Positions 38,836-48,133 of a stretch of DNA of 64,000 bases are shown here, one piece after another. A program made the position numbers and the translations under genes. Source of the DNA: a virus. Lineage: Duplodnaviria > Caudoviricetes. The notes below the pieces were generated by a model. The model was not told the DNA's origin and did not search any database. It saw only the letters and a program-made list of their open reading frames with translations. Location of the stretch: IMG/VR virus record IMGVR_UViG_3300033075_001228. One strand, given 5' to 3'. The stretch's first letter is position 1; the number at the start of each line of letters is the position of its first letter.

Positions 38836-39528
38836 ATGCGGTGTGTGTATTTGATTCGTAACCTTATCAACGGCAAAGTCTATGTCGGTCAGACGAAGAA
38901 TTTTGCTCAACGTAAAGCAGGTCATCTGCGGCTAGCAAGACATCCACGGGCTGTTGGTGGAGAGAGGCCCCTCTATCGTTCAATGAGGAAGCACGGCATC
39001 GGTAATTTTACCTTTGAGCTGCTTGAGGAGTGTGAAGATCAGTTTGTTGATGAGCGTGAACAGTATTGGGTCGTTCATTTCGACTCGTTCAACCCGAAGA
39101 AGGGTTACAACCTGACGAACGGCGGTCAAGAATTTTCTGAAGAGTGCATTCATTTGATCTCAAAACGTACCCGTGAAGCCATGGCAAAAGGCGACCCTTC
39201 CTGGAAGGCACGTCAACGTGAGGCAATGAAGGACCCTGAGGTAAGGCGCCTGATCTCAGAGCGAACGAAGGCTGCGATGCAGCGTCCTGAGGTGGCTGAA
39301 AAATTGGATGCTTCTCGCGATGAAACATGGCGGCAGAGGATCAGCGAGACGTTAATGGGTCACGTAATTTCAGAAGAAACGCGGCAGAAAATCAGGGAAA
39401 CGTTGCGGTCTCGACCCAAAAAGAAGAAGCCATCATCAACATGCCAGAGATGTGGCGGTATGTTTGAGGTTCGAAAGAAAAATCAGCGGTACTGTTCTCA
39501 TCAGTGCTATTGGGGTCATGTGTCATGA
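38836..39528 (+). CDS. GIY-YIG homing endonuclease with NUMOD3-like repeats and C-terminal Zn finger
   Basis: VYLIRNLINGKVYVGQT, RE, GYNLTNGG, ISEETRQKI, CQRC..YCSHQC. Confidence 0.9.
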   Translation: MRCVYLIRNLINGKVYVGQTKNFAQRKAGHLRLARHPRAVGGERPLYRSMRKHGIGNFTFELLEECEDQFVDEREQYWVVHFDSFNPKKGYNLTNGGQEFSEECIHLISKRTREAMAKGDPSWKARQREAMKDPEVRRLISERTKAAMQRPEVAEKLDASRDETWRQRISETLMGHVISEETRQKIRETLRSRPKKKKPSSTCQRCGGMFEVRKKNQRYCSHQCYWGHVS

Positions 39529-39992
39529 AAACATCACGAGAACAACTAAAAGCGATTGTGAAGGAATGCTTGCTGGAGCTGCTTAGCGAGGGCATCGGTC
39601 CTGTCGCCGCACCTCGCTCCGTGCAACCACCAAAAGCTATCGCTGGCATCTCTGAGTCTAGGGGCGTCAGGCGTCAGCCAGCTTTTGACCCAAGGCTTGA
39701 TACGCCAGTGGGCTCTAGCAATGCTGCTCGGCAGCCTTCAGGTGCCCTTAAAGATGCAATCAAAAAGTCTGCTATGGGTAACCCCTTGCTGGAAACGATT
39801 TTTCGAGACACGGCAGAGACAACGTTGGCTGCACAGATGGAAAATGAAATTCCAACAACAGCCGCTTCGCAGCAGCAGCCTGGCTTTCAGGAGCAGTTTA
39901 ACGGCAACCCAGAGGATGTGTTTGGCGAAGCGACCAGCTCACGATGGGCACACCTTGCCTTTACAGAGCCACGCCTCAACAAAACGTCATAG
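39525..39992 (+). CDS. Hypothetical head-module protein
   Basis: MKTSREQLKAIVKECLLELLSE|G leader; ATGA coupling. Confidence 0.7.
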   Translation: MKTSREQLKAIVKECLLELLSEGIGPVAAPRSVQPPKAIAGISESRGVRRQPAFDPRLDTPVGSSNAARQPSGALKDAIKKSAMGNPLLETIFRDTAETTLAAQMENEIPTTAASQQQPGFQEQFNGNPEDVFGEATSSRWAHLAFTEPRLNKTS

Positions 39993-40045
39993 GCTTGTCG
40001 CTGTTGCATACTTAGCTTCAGCACAACAACCAGAAAGGTGCAACA

Positions 40046-40315
40046 ATGACTGTTAAGAAGCTGACGTCTAATTTGCTAAAAAAGATCATTGAAGAGGAAG
40101 TCTCCAAGGGCTTTGGCAAAATGAAAGACGCTGAGGACGTGGCAAAGGACTCTAAGGAGCTTGATGCTGACGAGCAGGCCGATGCACTCGAGAAGCGTAT
40201 TGACTATGTCAAGGCGTTAAAGATTGAGGAAAGCCGCCTTGTGAGGCGCCTGTCAAAGCTTCGTGAGGCTAAAAAGTTTCACCTGAAGAAGATTGTTTCA
40301 GCCGTCTCAAAGTGA
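40046..40315 (+). CDS. Hypothetical head-module protein
   Basis: KLTSNLLKKIIEEE leader; late motif upstream. Confidence 0.7.
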   Translation: MTVKKLTSNLLKKIIEEEVSKGFGKMKDAEDVAKDSKELDADEQADALEKRIDYVKALKIEESRLVRRLSKLREAKKFHLKKIVSAVSK

Positions 40316-40339
40316 AAGGCTGGCAGTAAGGGGAAAATC

Positions 40340-40849
40340 ATGTCTGGAACTGGAAAATACACAGTCTATGCGCCGCCAGCCAGCGACAAAAACACGCTTT
40401 TGAACAAGCTGTTTCGCAGCAACGACGCTACGCTTAAGTCACCCACGCAGGACCTGGTTGGCAAGGAGACGGATGCCAGGGAGCTGGTTGTTGACCTAGC
40501 AAAGGCAAGCTTGACCCCTGCGCATCAGGTTGGAGACCTAGGTCATTTTCCTTCTGGTGTCGACCTTAACTTTGCTGGAGCGCCAAACCTAAGCGACGTT
40601 CAGTGGGCAAACCCAGGGGATCCCGCAAACTCATTTGCGCCTGACATCTCATCTCCCGGACCTGGAAAAACAAACGGTCTCGATAAGGATGCAGATCCTC
40701 AGGTTAAGGTTGTGGACCTCAAACCATCGTATGTTCCAGGGGCGCCTGGAACTGGCACCAAGTCACCGTCTGAGACGAATGCTAAGGTTGTTGCTGCGAA
40801 CCTGCTGGGCGTTTCTACCAAGCTTGGCGACTCTGGCGGCAACGTTTGA
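40340..40849 (+). CDS. Hypothetical head-module protein (Pro/Gly-rich)
   Basis: 169-aa ORF with SD. Confidence 0.65.
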   Translation: MSGTGKYTVYAPPASDKNTLLNKLFRSNDATLKSPTQDLVGKETDARELVVDLAKASLTPAHQVGDLGHFPSGVDLNFAGAPNLSDVQWANPGDPANSFAPDISSPGPGKTNGLDKDADPQVKVVDLKPSYVPGAPGTGTKSPSETNAKVVAANLLGVSTKLGDSGGNV

Positions 40850-40897
40850 GAAACTTAAGTTTGTGTTGTTGGTTGATAGTTACTTTGGAACGTTAGC

Positions 40898-42760
40898 ATG
40901 ACCATCTACGAAGAAGCGCTAGCAGACGTCAAAAAGATGAAGGAAGTCGCTGAGGCAAACGCCAAGCGTTCTATCCTTGAGGCTGTGACGCCAAGGATCA
41001 GGAACCTTATTGAGAGCGAGCTGCTACGTGAGAACGGCGACGAGGCAACAGATTCATTGAGCGAAGATGAAGGCGGCGACGCCAAAGACAAGCTTCTGAA
41101 TGACATCGTTGATGCATCTGCGTCTGACCCTGACATTGCTGATGCAATCACGCCGCCTGACGCAGAAGGCAAGGTGACGTTGGACCTTGATGCGATGCAG
41201 CTTGATCAGGAGCCTAACGAAGAAGCGTCGGAGTACGAGCTAAGCAATGAGTCATTTGATGCGCTAGCGCCTGTTCTTAAGGCGTCTAGCATCGGTCGTG
41301 AACGTGAGTTTGAGCTCGCGGTGTTACGAACCGGTGAAGACATAAAGAGGTTTGTGGCGGCTGGTTCGTTGGTCAGGGAGTCCAAAGGGTTTCAAACTAA
41401 AATCAACGAGATGATTCAGCGCGTGGAGGATATGTATGACTACGTGCAGGAATCACTATCAGATCCTGCAAAGGGTTCATACGAAACTAAGTTAGAGTCA
41501 TACTTCAAGGAACTAAGCAAGCTCCAGGAGTCAAAAATGTCGATGAAGAAGCTAATGAATGAAGAAGATGTCACGTTGAAGCTCACCGGCCTTCCGGACG
41601 AGATTGATCTTGACTCTGTTGGCGTTGATCTGATCACTGGTGACGAGTCTGGCGACGACGCTGAGGGTGAAGACCTCGATGTTGACGTTGGTGACGATGC
41701 TGAGGGATCTGATGACTCTGGCGACTCTGGTGACTCTGACGACCTTGATCTTGGTGACCTTGACCTTGGCGGTGACGAGGGGTCGGAGGACAATGACGAG
41801 GAAGGCATGGGCGAGAGCCGTAGGCTGAGCGACAACACGATCGTTGAGATCGATAGCGGCATGCTTCGTCGTGAGATCAGGAGGATGCAACGCCTCCGCG
41901 AGGAAGCTGCTCCGTCTGTCGACGGAAACGGCGTCTCAAGCAAGGAATTTGACGACTTCGGAGATGCTTCTAGCGATGGTAATGCGCTTGATGTCAACAC
42001 GCTTGGGGAGTCAGACGAGGACCTCGAAGAGCTTGAGCTAGTCGATGAGGACGACATGGTCCAAGTTGGTGATCGACGCACCCGTAACGACAAAGGCGGC
42101 AGCGCAACGTCAGTTCCTAGCGTAGACAAGAGCAACCCAGGAATGGCTGCTGAGTCGCTTCGCCGAAGGGCACGTTTTGAGGCCCGCCTTCAGGAGCGTG
42201 CAAGGGCCCGAGCTGTCGCCCTCAAGAAGGAAGCAGCAAGCCCACGAAACAAGAACAACCATCGTAAGCTTGCGTTGCTGAAGCGAGAGTACGCTGCGGT
42301 TGCAAAGCGATTTAACGAGTCGCTTAAGCGCCAGAACAAGATTTCAACGTTGTTGGCAGAGTCTGCCAACCTCGTCAAAGGACGCACCAACAATGGTCGT
42401 CTTGCACGGACAGCGGAGAACCAGTCCGTCAAAATGCTCCGCGATGAGTTGGCAGAAGCAAATCTGATCAACGTGAAGCTGATGTTCACCAACAAGCTGC
42501 TGCAGAACGAGTCCTTGACACCGCGCCAGAAGGCACAGGTGATCGAGCAGCTCGATGCCGCACAGACCTCAAGGGAAGCCAAGCTTGTCTACGAGAGCCT
42601 GTCAAAGACGCTTGCTGGTCCAACATCAAAGTCCTTGAACGAGAACCGTGACCGTCGTGTCATCGGGTCTTCCTCTAGGGCTACGCAACCGGCCTCTACA
42701 CCAGCCTTGAACGAAGGATATGAGGCGGCTCGTTGGGCCAAGCTCGCAGGTATCAAGTGA
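40898..42760 (+). CDS. Prohead scaffolding protein (gp22-like)
   Basis: Directly upstream of the capsid gene; acidic low-complexity middle, coiled coils, many LxE sites, C-terminal RWAKLAGIK. Confidence 0.75.
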   Translation: MTIYEEALADVKKMKEVAEANAKRSILEAVTPRIRNLIESELLRENGDEATDSLSEDEGGDAKDKLLNDIVDASASDPDIADAITPPDAEGKVTLDLDAMQLDQEPNEEASEYELSNESFDALAPVLKASSIGREREFELAVLRTGEDIKRFVAAGSLVRESKGFQTKINEMIQRVEDMYDYVQESLSDPAKGSYETKLESYFKELSKLQESKMSMKKLMNEEDVTLKLTGLPDEIDLDSVGVDLITGDESGDDAEGEDLDVDVGDDAEGSDDSGDSGDSDDLDLGDLDLGGDEGSEDNDEEGMGESRRLSDNTIVEIDSGMLRREIRRMQRLREEAAPSVDGNGVSSKEFDDFGDASSDGNALDVNTLGESDEDLEELELVDEDDMVQVGDRRTRNDKGGSATSVPSVDKSNPGMAAESLRRRARFEARLQERARARAVALKKEAASPRNKNNHRKLALLKREYAAVAKRFNESLKRQNKISTLLAESANLVKGRTNNGRLARTAENQSVKMLRDELAEANLINVKLMFTNKLLQNESLTPRQKAQVIEQLDAAQTSREAKLVYESLSKTLAGPTSKSLNENRDRRVIGSSSRATQPASTPALNEGYEAARWAKLAGIK

Positions 42761-42810
42761 GCCAGGCTTTTTGATTTGATTTCATACCAAACACGAAAGA
42801 AAAGGACACA

Positions 42811-44706
42811 ATGAAGTTTTTCACTATCGATCAGTTGGCAGCTGGCATCAAGGACCGCCACGTCGGCGCCGAGCGTGCTCGCCTTGTTGAGAAGTGGAGC
42901 CGCACCGGCCTGCTTCGCGGCCTCGACGGCAACAGGCGTGAGACGATGGCACAGCTGCTTGAGAACCAGGCAGCACAGGTCCTCAAGGAGTCAAACGCTT
43001 TGTCGACCGGCGGCGGTGCGCTTGCATCGTCCGGACAGGTCCAGGGCTTCTCGAACATCGCTTTCCCGATCGTTCGACGCGTGTTCGGCGGCCTTGTCGC
43101 CAACGAGCTCATCTCGATCCAGACGATGTCCCTGCCTTCAGGCCTCATCTTCTACATCGACTACACCTATGGTTCGAACGTAGGCACCACGCAGTCAGAC
43201 TCAGGCACGTTTGAGACGTACTCTCGCGGCCAGTCGATCTACAACAACCCAGCGGGCCGCGGCGTGCAGTCAGGCTCTTTGGCGACCGGCGGTATGTACG
43301 ACCTCGTCAACGTCGGCTACACCAAGGTCCACTCTGGAACCATGGGCGTCTCCGGTAGCACCGCAGACGTCGGTGCATGGGGCGGCGTCAACGGCGATAC
43401 CTGGTCTTCAGGCCTTGTCCTCTCGGACTCTAGCCAGATGTCAGGCACCAACGGACGTATGTTGGGCTACGATCCTCAGGTCGAGGTTGACCTCGGTTCG
43501 AACGTTCTTGACGTTACCTTTGCACACCTGTCTGTTTCTCAGATCCAGACTGTGATTCCAAAGGGTGACTTCCTCGCTGTTGAGCAGATCTCGATCTTTG
43601 CGTTTGCAACGACCAATGGTGCAGTCGCATGGGGCGAGAGCTACCAGTCAGGCCGCGGCGTCATGAACCTTCGCCGCCTCAACAAGCGCGGAAACTGGAG
43701 CGGCTCGGTCTTCACGCCGGCTCCGCTCAACGGAACGCACATCCAGGTGGTCCTTAGGATCACCCCAGGCAGCACGGTTCCGGTCCTTGGCGCGACCACG
43801 AGGCTAAGCATGGCAATCGCTGACGAGGTTCAGCGTACTGACGGCACTGCGGGCGGCATCGGCTCGACCTTGACTGTTCCGTCGTTCGAGTCTGACTTTG
43901 GTACGTCACCGACCCCGGTGATCCCAGAGATCGACATCAAGATCGAGTCGATCGCAATCACCGCTACGTCGCGAAAGCTGCGTGCAAGGTGGTCGCCGGA
44001 AATGGCACAGGACCTCAACGCGTACCACGCCCTGGACGCCGAGGTCGAGCTGACCAGCATCCTCAGCGAGCAGATCGCTCTCGAGATTGACCGAGAGATC
44101 CTCAACGACCTGGTACTCCAGGCAAACGGCGCGAACATGTACTGGAGCCGTGCACCGGGCAGGTTCGTCAACAAGCTGACCGGCCAGGCACAGACCTTGG
44201 CATCAAGCCTCAGCATCGGTCCGCAGTTCACCGGCACCATCCGTGAGTGGTATGAGGGCCTGATCGAGACCGTCATCGACGTGGCAAACACCATCCATCG
44301 TAAGACCTTCCGAGGCTCTGCGAACTTCATGGTGACTGGCCCAGACGTCTGCACCATCCTGGAGAGCTCTGTGCTCTACAAGCCGAAGTTTTCGCTCGAC
44401 GGCGAAGGCCAGGTCGGTTCTCCGTTTACCATCGGAGCCGAGGCGATCGGCACGGTGTCGAACAGGTTCACGGTCTACAAGGATCCTTACTTCCCAAGGA
44501 ACAAGATCCTCGTCGGCTACAAGGGCGGAAGCTACCTGGAGACAGGCTATGTGTACGCTCCGTACGTCCCGCTGATCGTCACGCCGACGATCTTCGCTCC
44601 GGAGGACTTCACGCCTCGTAAGGGTGTGATGACCAGGTACGGAAAGAAAATGGTCAGGAGTGACTTTTATGGGACTGTGACCGTACTTGACATGAACATA
44701 ATTTAA
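42811..44706 (+). CDS. Major capsid protein (gp23-like)
   Basis: KWSRTGLL, LLENQ, FPIVRRVF, SRKLRARWSPEMAQDLNAYH, EIDREI, GYVYAPYVPL, FTPRKGVMTRYG. Confidence 0.97.
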   Translation: MKFFTIDQLAAGIKDRHVGAERARLVEKWSRTGLLRGLDGNRRETMAQLLENQAAQVLKESNALSTGGGALASSGQVQGFSNIAFPIVRRVFGGLVANELISIQTMSLPSGLIFYIDYTYGSNVGTTQSDSGTFETYSRGQSIYNNPAGRGVQSGSLATGGMYDLVNVGYTKVHSGTMGVSGSTADVGAWGGVNGDTWSSGLVLSDSSQMSGTNGRMLGYDPQVEVDLGSNVLDVTFAHLSVSQIQTVIPKGDFLAVEQISIFAFATTNGAVAWGESYQSGRGVMNLRRLNKRGNWSGSVFTPAPLNGTHIQVVLRITPGSTVPVLGATTRLSMAIADEVQRTDGTAGGIGSTLTVPSFESDFGTSPTPVIPEIDIKIESIAITATSRKLRARWSPEMAQDLNAYHALDAEVELTSILSEQIALEIDREILNDLVLQANGANMYWSRAPGRFVNKLTGQAQTLASSLSIGPQFTGTIREWYEGLIETVIDVANTIHRKTFRGSANFMVTGPDVCTILESSVLYKPKFSLDGEGQVGSPFTIGAEAIGTVSNRFTVYKDPYFPRNKILVGYKGGSYLETGYVYAPYVPLIVTPTIFAPEDFTPRKGVMTRYGKKMVRSDFYGTVTVLDMNII

Positions 44707-44714
44707 TTGAACGT

Positions 44715-44740
44715 TATCAACCACTTAAGTGTGGTTGATA
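44715..44740 (+). other. Hairpin directly after the capsid stop
   Basis: TATCAACCAC-TTAAGT-GTGGTTGATA. Confidence 0.55.
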
Positions 44741-44760
44741 TGGTCAATTGAGACTAGCTT

Positions 44761-44794
44761 GAAGGCCCTATAAACGTAGGGCTTTCGCTTTTAT
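44761..44794 (+). terminator. Rho-independent terminator
   Basis: GAAGGCCCTA-TAAACG-TAGGGCTTTC followed by GCTTTTAT. Confidence 0.7.
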
Positions 44795-44836
44795 ATTCAG
44801 TAAACAATCAACTGTAAAAGTGTTATGGTATAAACC

Positions 44837-45763
44837 ATGGAAGATAGAACCTGTAGGGAGTGCAACGAGGTGTTCAATGATCCTGAGCAAGTCAGGCGTC
44901 ACTTAAGAAAACATGGGATGACGTTTCAGCAATACTCGCTCCGACATTTTTATGGAGGTGTAGAGCCAACCTGTAGGTGTGGTTGTGGCCAAAAAACGGC
45001 TTGGAATGTGGCATCAAAAGGCTACGCTGAACACATACTAGGTCACCATGCATGGGGACGAAAGAAATCAGACGATGAAAAGCGTCGTATTGGTGAGAAG
45101 AACGCTGCCAATATGAAACGATTTTATGAAGAACACCCTGAACTTGCTGAAGCTCAAGCTTCTTTGATGAGACAACATTTGACACCAGAAATTGAAGAGC
45201 AACGCATTGAAGCAACTCGCCAAGCATACGCAGCCATGTCAAGTGCCGATAAACAAAGTTTTCGTGATAGAACGCGGCAACGCTGGATTGCTGGTGAGAT
45301 GAATGAGCCGCACGCAAAGGCAGCAGAAACATTCAAACAGAAGTCAACTAATGGTGATTACGATTTCTCAGAGCGGAACGAGAAGCTATCGAAAGTCATC
45401 TCTCAGAAATACGTCGATGGCACGTGGGAGTTTACAAAGGGTACATACGTCTCGACTAAATCTGGTCGCGAGTGCTACTATCGTTCCTCGTGGGAGTTGC
45501 TACTGATGCAGGAGTTGGATATTGATCCTGATGTCGCTGATTGGGAGAGCGAGTTCACATCAATTCCGTACGTATTTGATGGTTCACAACATCGCTATGT
45601 TCCAGACTTCAAGGTTGTGAGATCAGCGATCACACAGATCGTGGAGGTCAAGCCAAAGAACTTACGAAATATAGAGCGTAACATCGCTAAGCGTCAAGCA
45701 GCGCTAGCATATTGTGAGCGATTGGGGTGGCAGTATGTTGAGTGGGAACCAGCGACGAATTGA
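44837..45763 (+). CDS. Putative homing endonuclease: C2H2 finger + CxCGCG + NUMOD3-like + TnsA-N/gp4-like nuclease
   Basis: CRECNEVF..HLRKH, CRCGCG, KSDDEKRRIG, YRSSWE, RYVPDF, VEVKP. Confidence 0.8.
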   Translation: MEDRTCRECNEVFNDPEQVRRHLRKHGMTFQQYSLRHFYGGVEPTCRCGCGQKTAWNVASKGYAEHILGHHAWGRKKSDDEKRRIGEKNAANMKRFYEEHPELAEAQASLMRQHLTPEIEEQRIEATRQAYAAMSSADKQSFRDRTRQRWIAGEMNEPHAKAAETFKQKSTNGDYDFSERNEKLSKVISQKYVDGTWEFTKGTYVSTKSGRECYYRSSWELLLMQELDIDPDVADWESEFTSIPYVFDGSQHRYVPDFKVVRSAITQIVEVKPKNLRNIERNIAKRQAALAYCERLGWQYVEWEPATN

Positions 45764-46434
45764 AATGCTGCGCGTCGTCTGGGTCTGACAACGGGATGGG
45801 TCGCCTGAAGGGCGAATTATCACCCAACTTCGGACAAAGGAGAACCGCTGAGCAGCTCAAGAATTATTCGGAGGGCTCACGGAAGCGATGGGAACGGCAC
45901 GGTGAGAAGCTACGTGCCATGATGCAGACGCCTGAATATAAGCATTCCCAAACAATTGCTCAACGAAAATCGTGGGAAAATTCACCTGATCGTCGAATCA
46001 AAACTGCTTTTAGCGTCAGACGTTTCTGGTCATCCGACTCAGAGCTGACGAAACACCGCCGCCGTGAGGCGTCAGACCGAGCAATCGCCCTGCTCGAGGA
46101 GAACAAGATCGGGCCTCGTGCACCGTTCAAACAGATGTGGGTCGACAACCCATTCACGGGCAAGGAGGAGTTCATGCACTCGAGCTGGGAGACGGGCTTC
46201 CTGATGAGGTGCATCCACGAGGGCTACCCAGTCACCAAGGCACACGGCATCGTCATCGACTACCAGCAGGCTGACGGCTCATGGCACCGCTACCTGCCGG
46301 ACTTCAAGTCGATCGAGGAGAACGTCCTGTTCGAGGTCAAGGGCAACCTAACGGAGAACGACGAGCTCAAGCTCCGTGCCGCTGAGGCCTTAGGCTATGA
46401 AGTCGTCCTGGTTCGGGATACTTACGAACAGTGA
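45742..46434 (+). CDS. Second putative homing endonuclease with TnsA-N-like nuclease; start uncertain
   Basis: GELSPNFG, HSSWE, RYLPDF, FEVKG. Confidence 0.72.
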   Translation: MGTSDELKCCASSGSDNGMGRLKGELSPNFGQRRTAEQLKNYSEGSRKRWERHGEKLRAMMQTPEYKHSQTIAQRKSWENSPDRRIKTAFSVRRFWSSDSELTKHRRREASDRAIALLEENKIGPRAPFKQMWVDNPFTGKEEFMHSSWETGFLMRCIHEGYPVTKAHGIVIDYQQADGSWHRYLPDFKSIEENVLFEVKGNLTENDELKLRAAEALGYEVVLVRDTYEQ

Positions 46435-46563
46435 TGGTTCGTTTAGGTTAGTTTCATTGGCTTTGCATGAGCTAGCAACCATTTGATGACTTGTAAACCG
46501 ACATCGTTCATATGATTTGGTTCGATGACGATACTTAGCAGAGGCTAGGACAGGAGAAAGACG

Positions 46564-47031
46564 ATGGCACAGGTTGGTAACAGGGGTTTCATTGACGACG
46601 GCAGCTCAAACCTGACCGTCGCTGGTTCGACGACGACTACTTCTCTTTTGAACAACCCATTGACCCTCGCGGGCAGCGGGACGGTGTCGATCAGCTCACC
46701 AGCGTTTTACTACGTTCCTGCGTCCGGGGCGTCCGGCATGGGGTACTTCACCGGTTCAGTGCCGGCGCCGTCATCCTGCCCAGGTTCAATGTTGATGATC
46801 ACGGACACATACGGCCTGTTCAACTGGTTGCTGACAGGATCAGCGTACCAGAACGGCAAGGCCTTGTTCGTTCGTCCTTCTGGCTCGTTCCCTGGCATTG
46901 CTGTGTCGGCCCTTGGCGGCGGCACCGTCAGCATCCAACCGAGCGGTTCGATCATGATGATGTCAGACGGGTTCCGTTGGTGCATCATCGGCGGCACCGG
47001 CTCCTTCTCGCTGGCCGGCAACAACCTCTGA
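46564..47031 (+). CDS. Small Ser/Gly-rich putative virion (head decoration-like) protein
   Basis: GGAG SD, late motif, capsid-like codon usage, followed by a hairpin. Confidence 0.6.
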   Translation: MAQVGNRGFIDDGSSNLTVAGSTTTTSLLNNPLTLAGSGTVSISSPAFYYVPASGASGMGYFTGSVPAPSSCPGSMLMITDTYGLFNWLLTGSAYQNGKALFVRPSGSFPGIAVSALGGGTVSIQPSGSIMMMSDGFRWCIIGGTGSFSLAGNNL

Positions 47032-47055
47032 TCTAACACCTCGGGGTGTTTGGTG

Positions 47056-47093
47056 GCCCGCTGGTCTTCTTTTGGCCAGCGGGCAGGGTTTTA
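47056..47093 (+). terminator. Putative terminator hairpin
   Basis: GCCCGCTGGTC ... GGCCAGCGGGC then AGGGTTTT. Confidence 0.6.
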
Positions 47094-47124
47094 TATTCAA
47101 TCCCGTAAAAAGTTTTCTGGTCCT

Positions 47125-47153
47125 TGTACACGGTTCCTGTGCCGTGTTACTGT
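47125..47153 (+). promoter_or_regulatory. Sigma-70-like promoter
   Basis: TGTACA-N17-TACTGT with TG extension. Confidence 0.5.
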
Positions 47154-47210
47154 CTTCTTACTCGGTGAGGCAATGTTCTCATCGATGAAATGAGCATTTG
47201 GAGACAATAC

Positions 47211-47486
47211 ATGAACGACCAGACCAGAAACAAGAACGCCCGCATCGCGACCCGTACCGACAAGACCGGAAAGCTTCGTACTGAGACCCAGCGACGCGAC
47301 ATCGATTCGCCGCGCATGGCGGTCTCGACTGACAAGCGAAACAACAGCACCAACCTGTTCATCGACTTTCCGCAGTTTGACGGCGACGATGTCCGATACG
47401 TCCGGTTCAACGGCCGTGAGGCACGCTCGCTCTATCGCCTGCTTCGTAAGCACTACGGCCAGGCTGGCAAGTCACGTACCGCCTGA
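47211..47486 (+). CDS. Small basic hypothetical protein
   Basis: ATG after GGAG; flanked by a promoter and a terminator. Confidence 0.7.
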   Translation: MNDQTRNKNARIATRTDKTGKLRTETQRRDIDSPRMAVSTDKRNNSTNLFIDFPQFDGDDVRYVRFNGREARSLYRLLRKHYGQAGKSRTA

Positions 47487-47510
47487 TCAACACCAACGTA
47501 TGAGGCACAT

Positions 47511-47539
47511 GCCGGCTGCGTAGCTGCAGCCGGCTTTTT
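47511..47539 (+). terminator. Rho-independent terminator
   Basis: GCCGGCTGCG-TAGC-TGCAGCCGGC-TTTTT. Confidence 0.8.
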
Positions 47540-47557
47540 CTGTCAGGAGAACCAGCA

Positions 47558-48133
47558 ATGAAGCTGACAAAACGTGATGCACTTGCGCTTAGCAACCTGT
47601 TTGCTGTACACCAAACGCGATGGAGCCTTCCTCAGTGTCTCTTTGAGCTTCGTGACAGCCTCGAGGCGTACCTGCTAGGCGATCACAGTCAAATCTCTGA
47701 CGAAGAGCTTGATGAGCTGTGCATTGACGAGGAAGGAGCAAACGCTGCATCCTTTGACGATGATGATTTTGTCATCACGGAAGATGACGATAACCTTAAG
47801 AAGATGCCTTTTCTTTCGGCATCTGCGCTTGCTAAGCTTGACACCTGTCGCGCCAAGGTGATCGGCTCGTCAGTCGACGATCCTGATGTGACCGTGGCGT
47901 TGGGTTTTGCCCAGGGCAAAAACGGCAGGTGTCGCTTAACGATCAACACTGTCAAACACGGGTCGTCTAACACGGTTGTGTTTTTTCCAATGATGTTAAG
48001 TCGTGACGGCAGCTCATTCAGCTTTGCTGAAAAGGTCGGCGCCGGCAACGCGTGGCACACCTTCCACGTTTCAAAGTTCCCGCGCTCTTGGACAAAGCTG
48101 CTGGCACCTAACGTTACCTACGAAGTCAAATGA
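47558..48133 (+). CDS. Hypothetical protein
   Basis: AGGAG SD; 191 aa. Confidence 0.7.
   Translation: MKLTKRDALALSNLFAVHQTRWSLPQCLFELRDSLEAYLLGDHSQISDEELDELCIDEEGANAASFDDDDFVITEDDDNLKKMPFLSASALAKLDTCRAKVIGSSVDDPDVTVALGFAQGKNGRCRLTINTVKHGSSNTVVFFPMMLSRDGSSFSFAEKVGAGNAWHTFHVSKFPRSWTKLLAPNVTYEVK

Noticed and set aside
41640-41800. Repetitive GAC/GGT-rich DNA as a repeat array or CRISPR
   Set aside because: It encodes the Asp/Gly low-complexity part of the scaffold; no repeat-spacer structure seen anywhere in the window
41440-42135. 231-aa Ser-rich reverse ORF and the many other reverse-strand ORFs
   Set aside because: Antisense shadows of biased + strand genes, with no motifs
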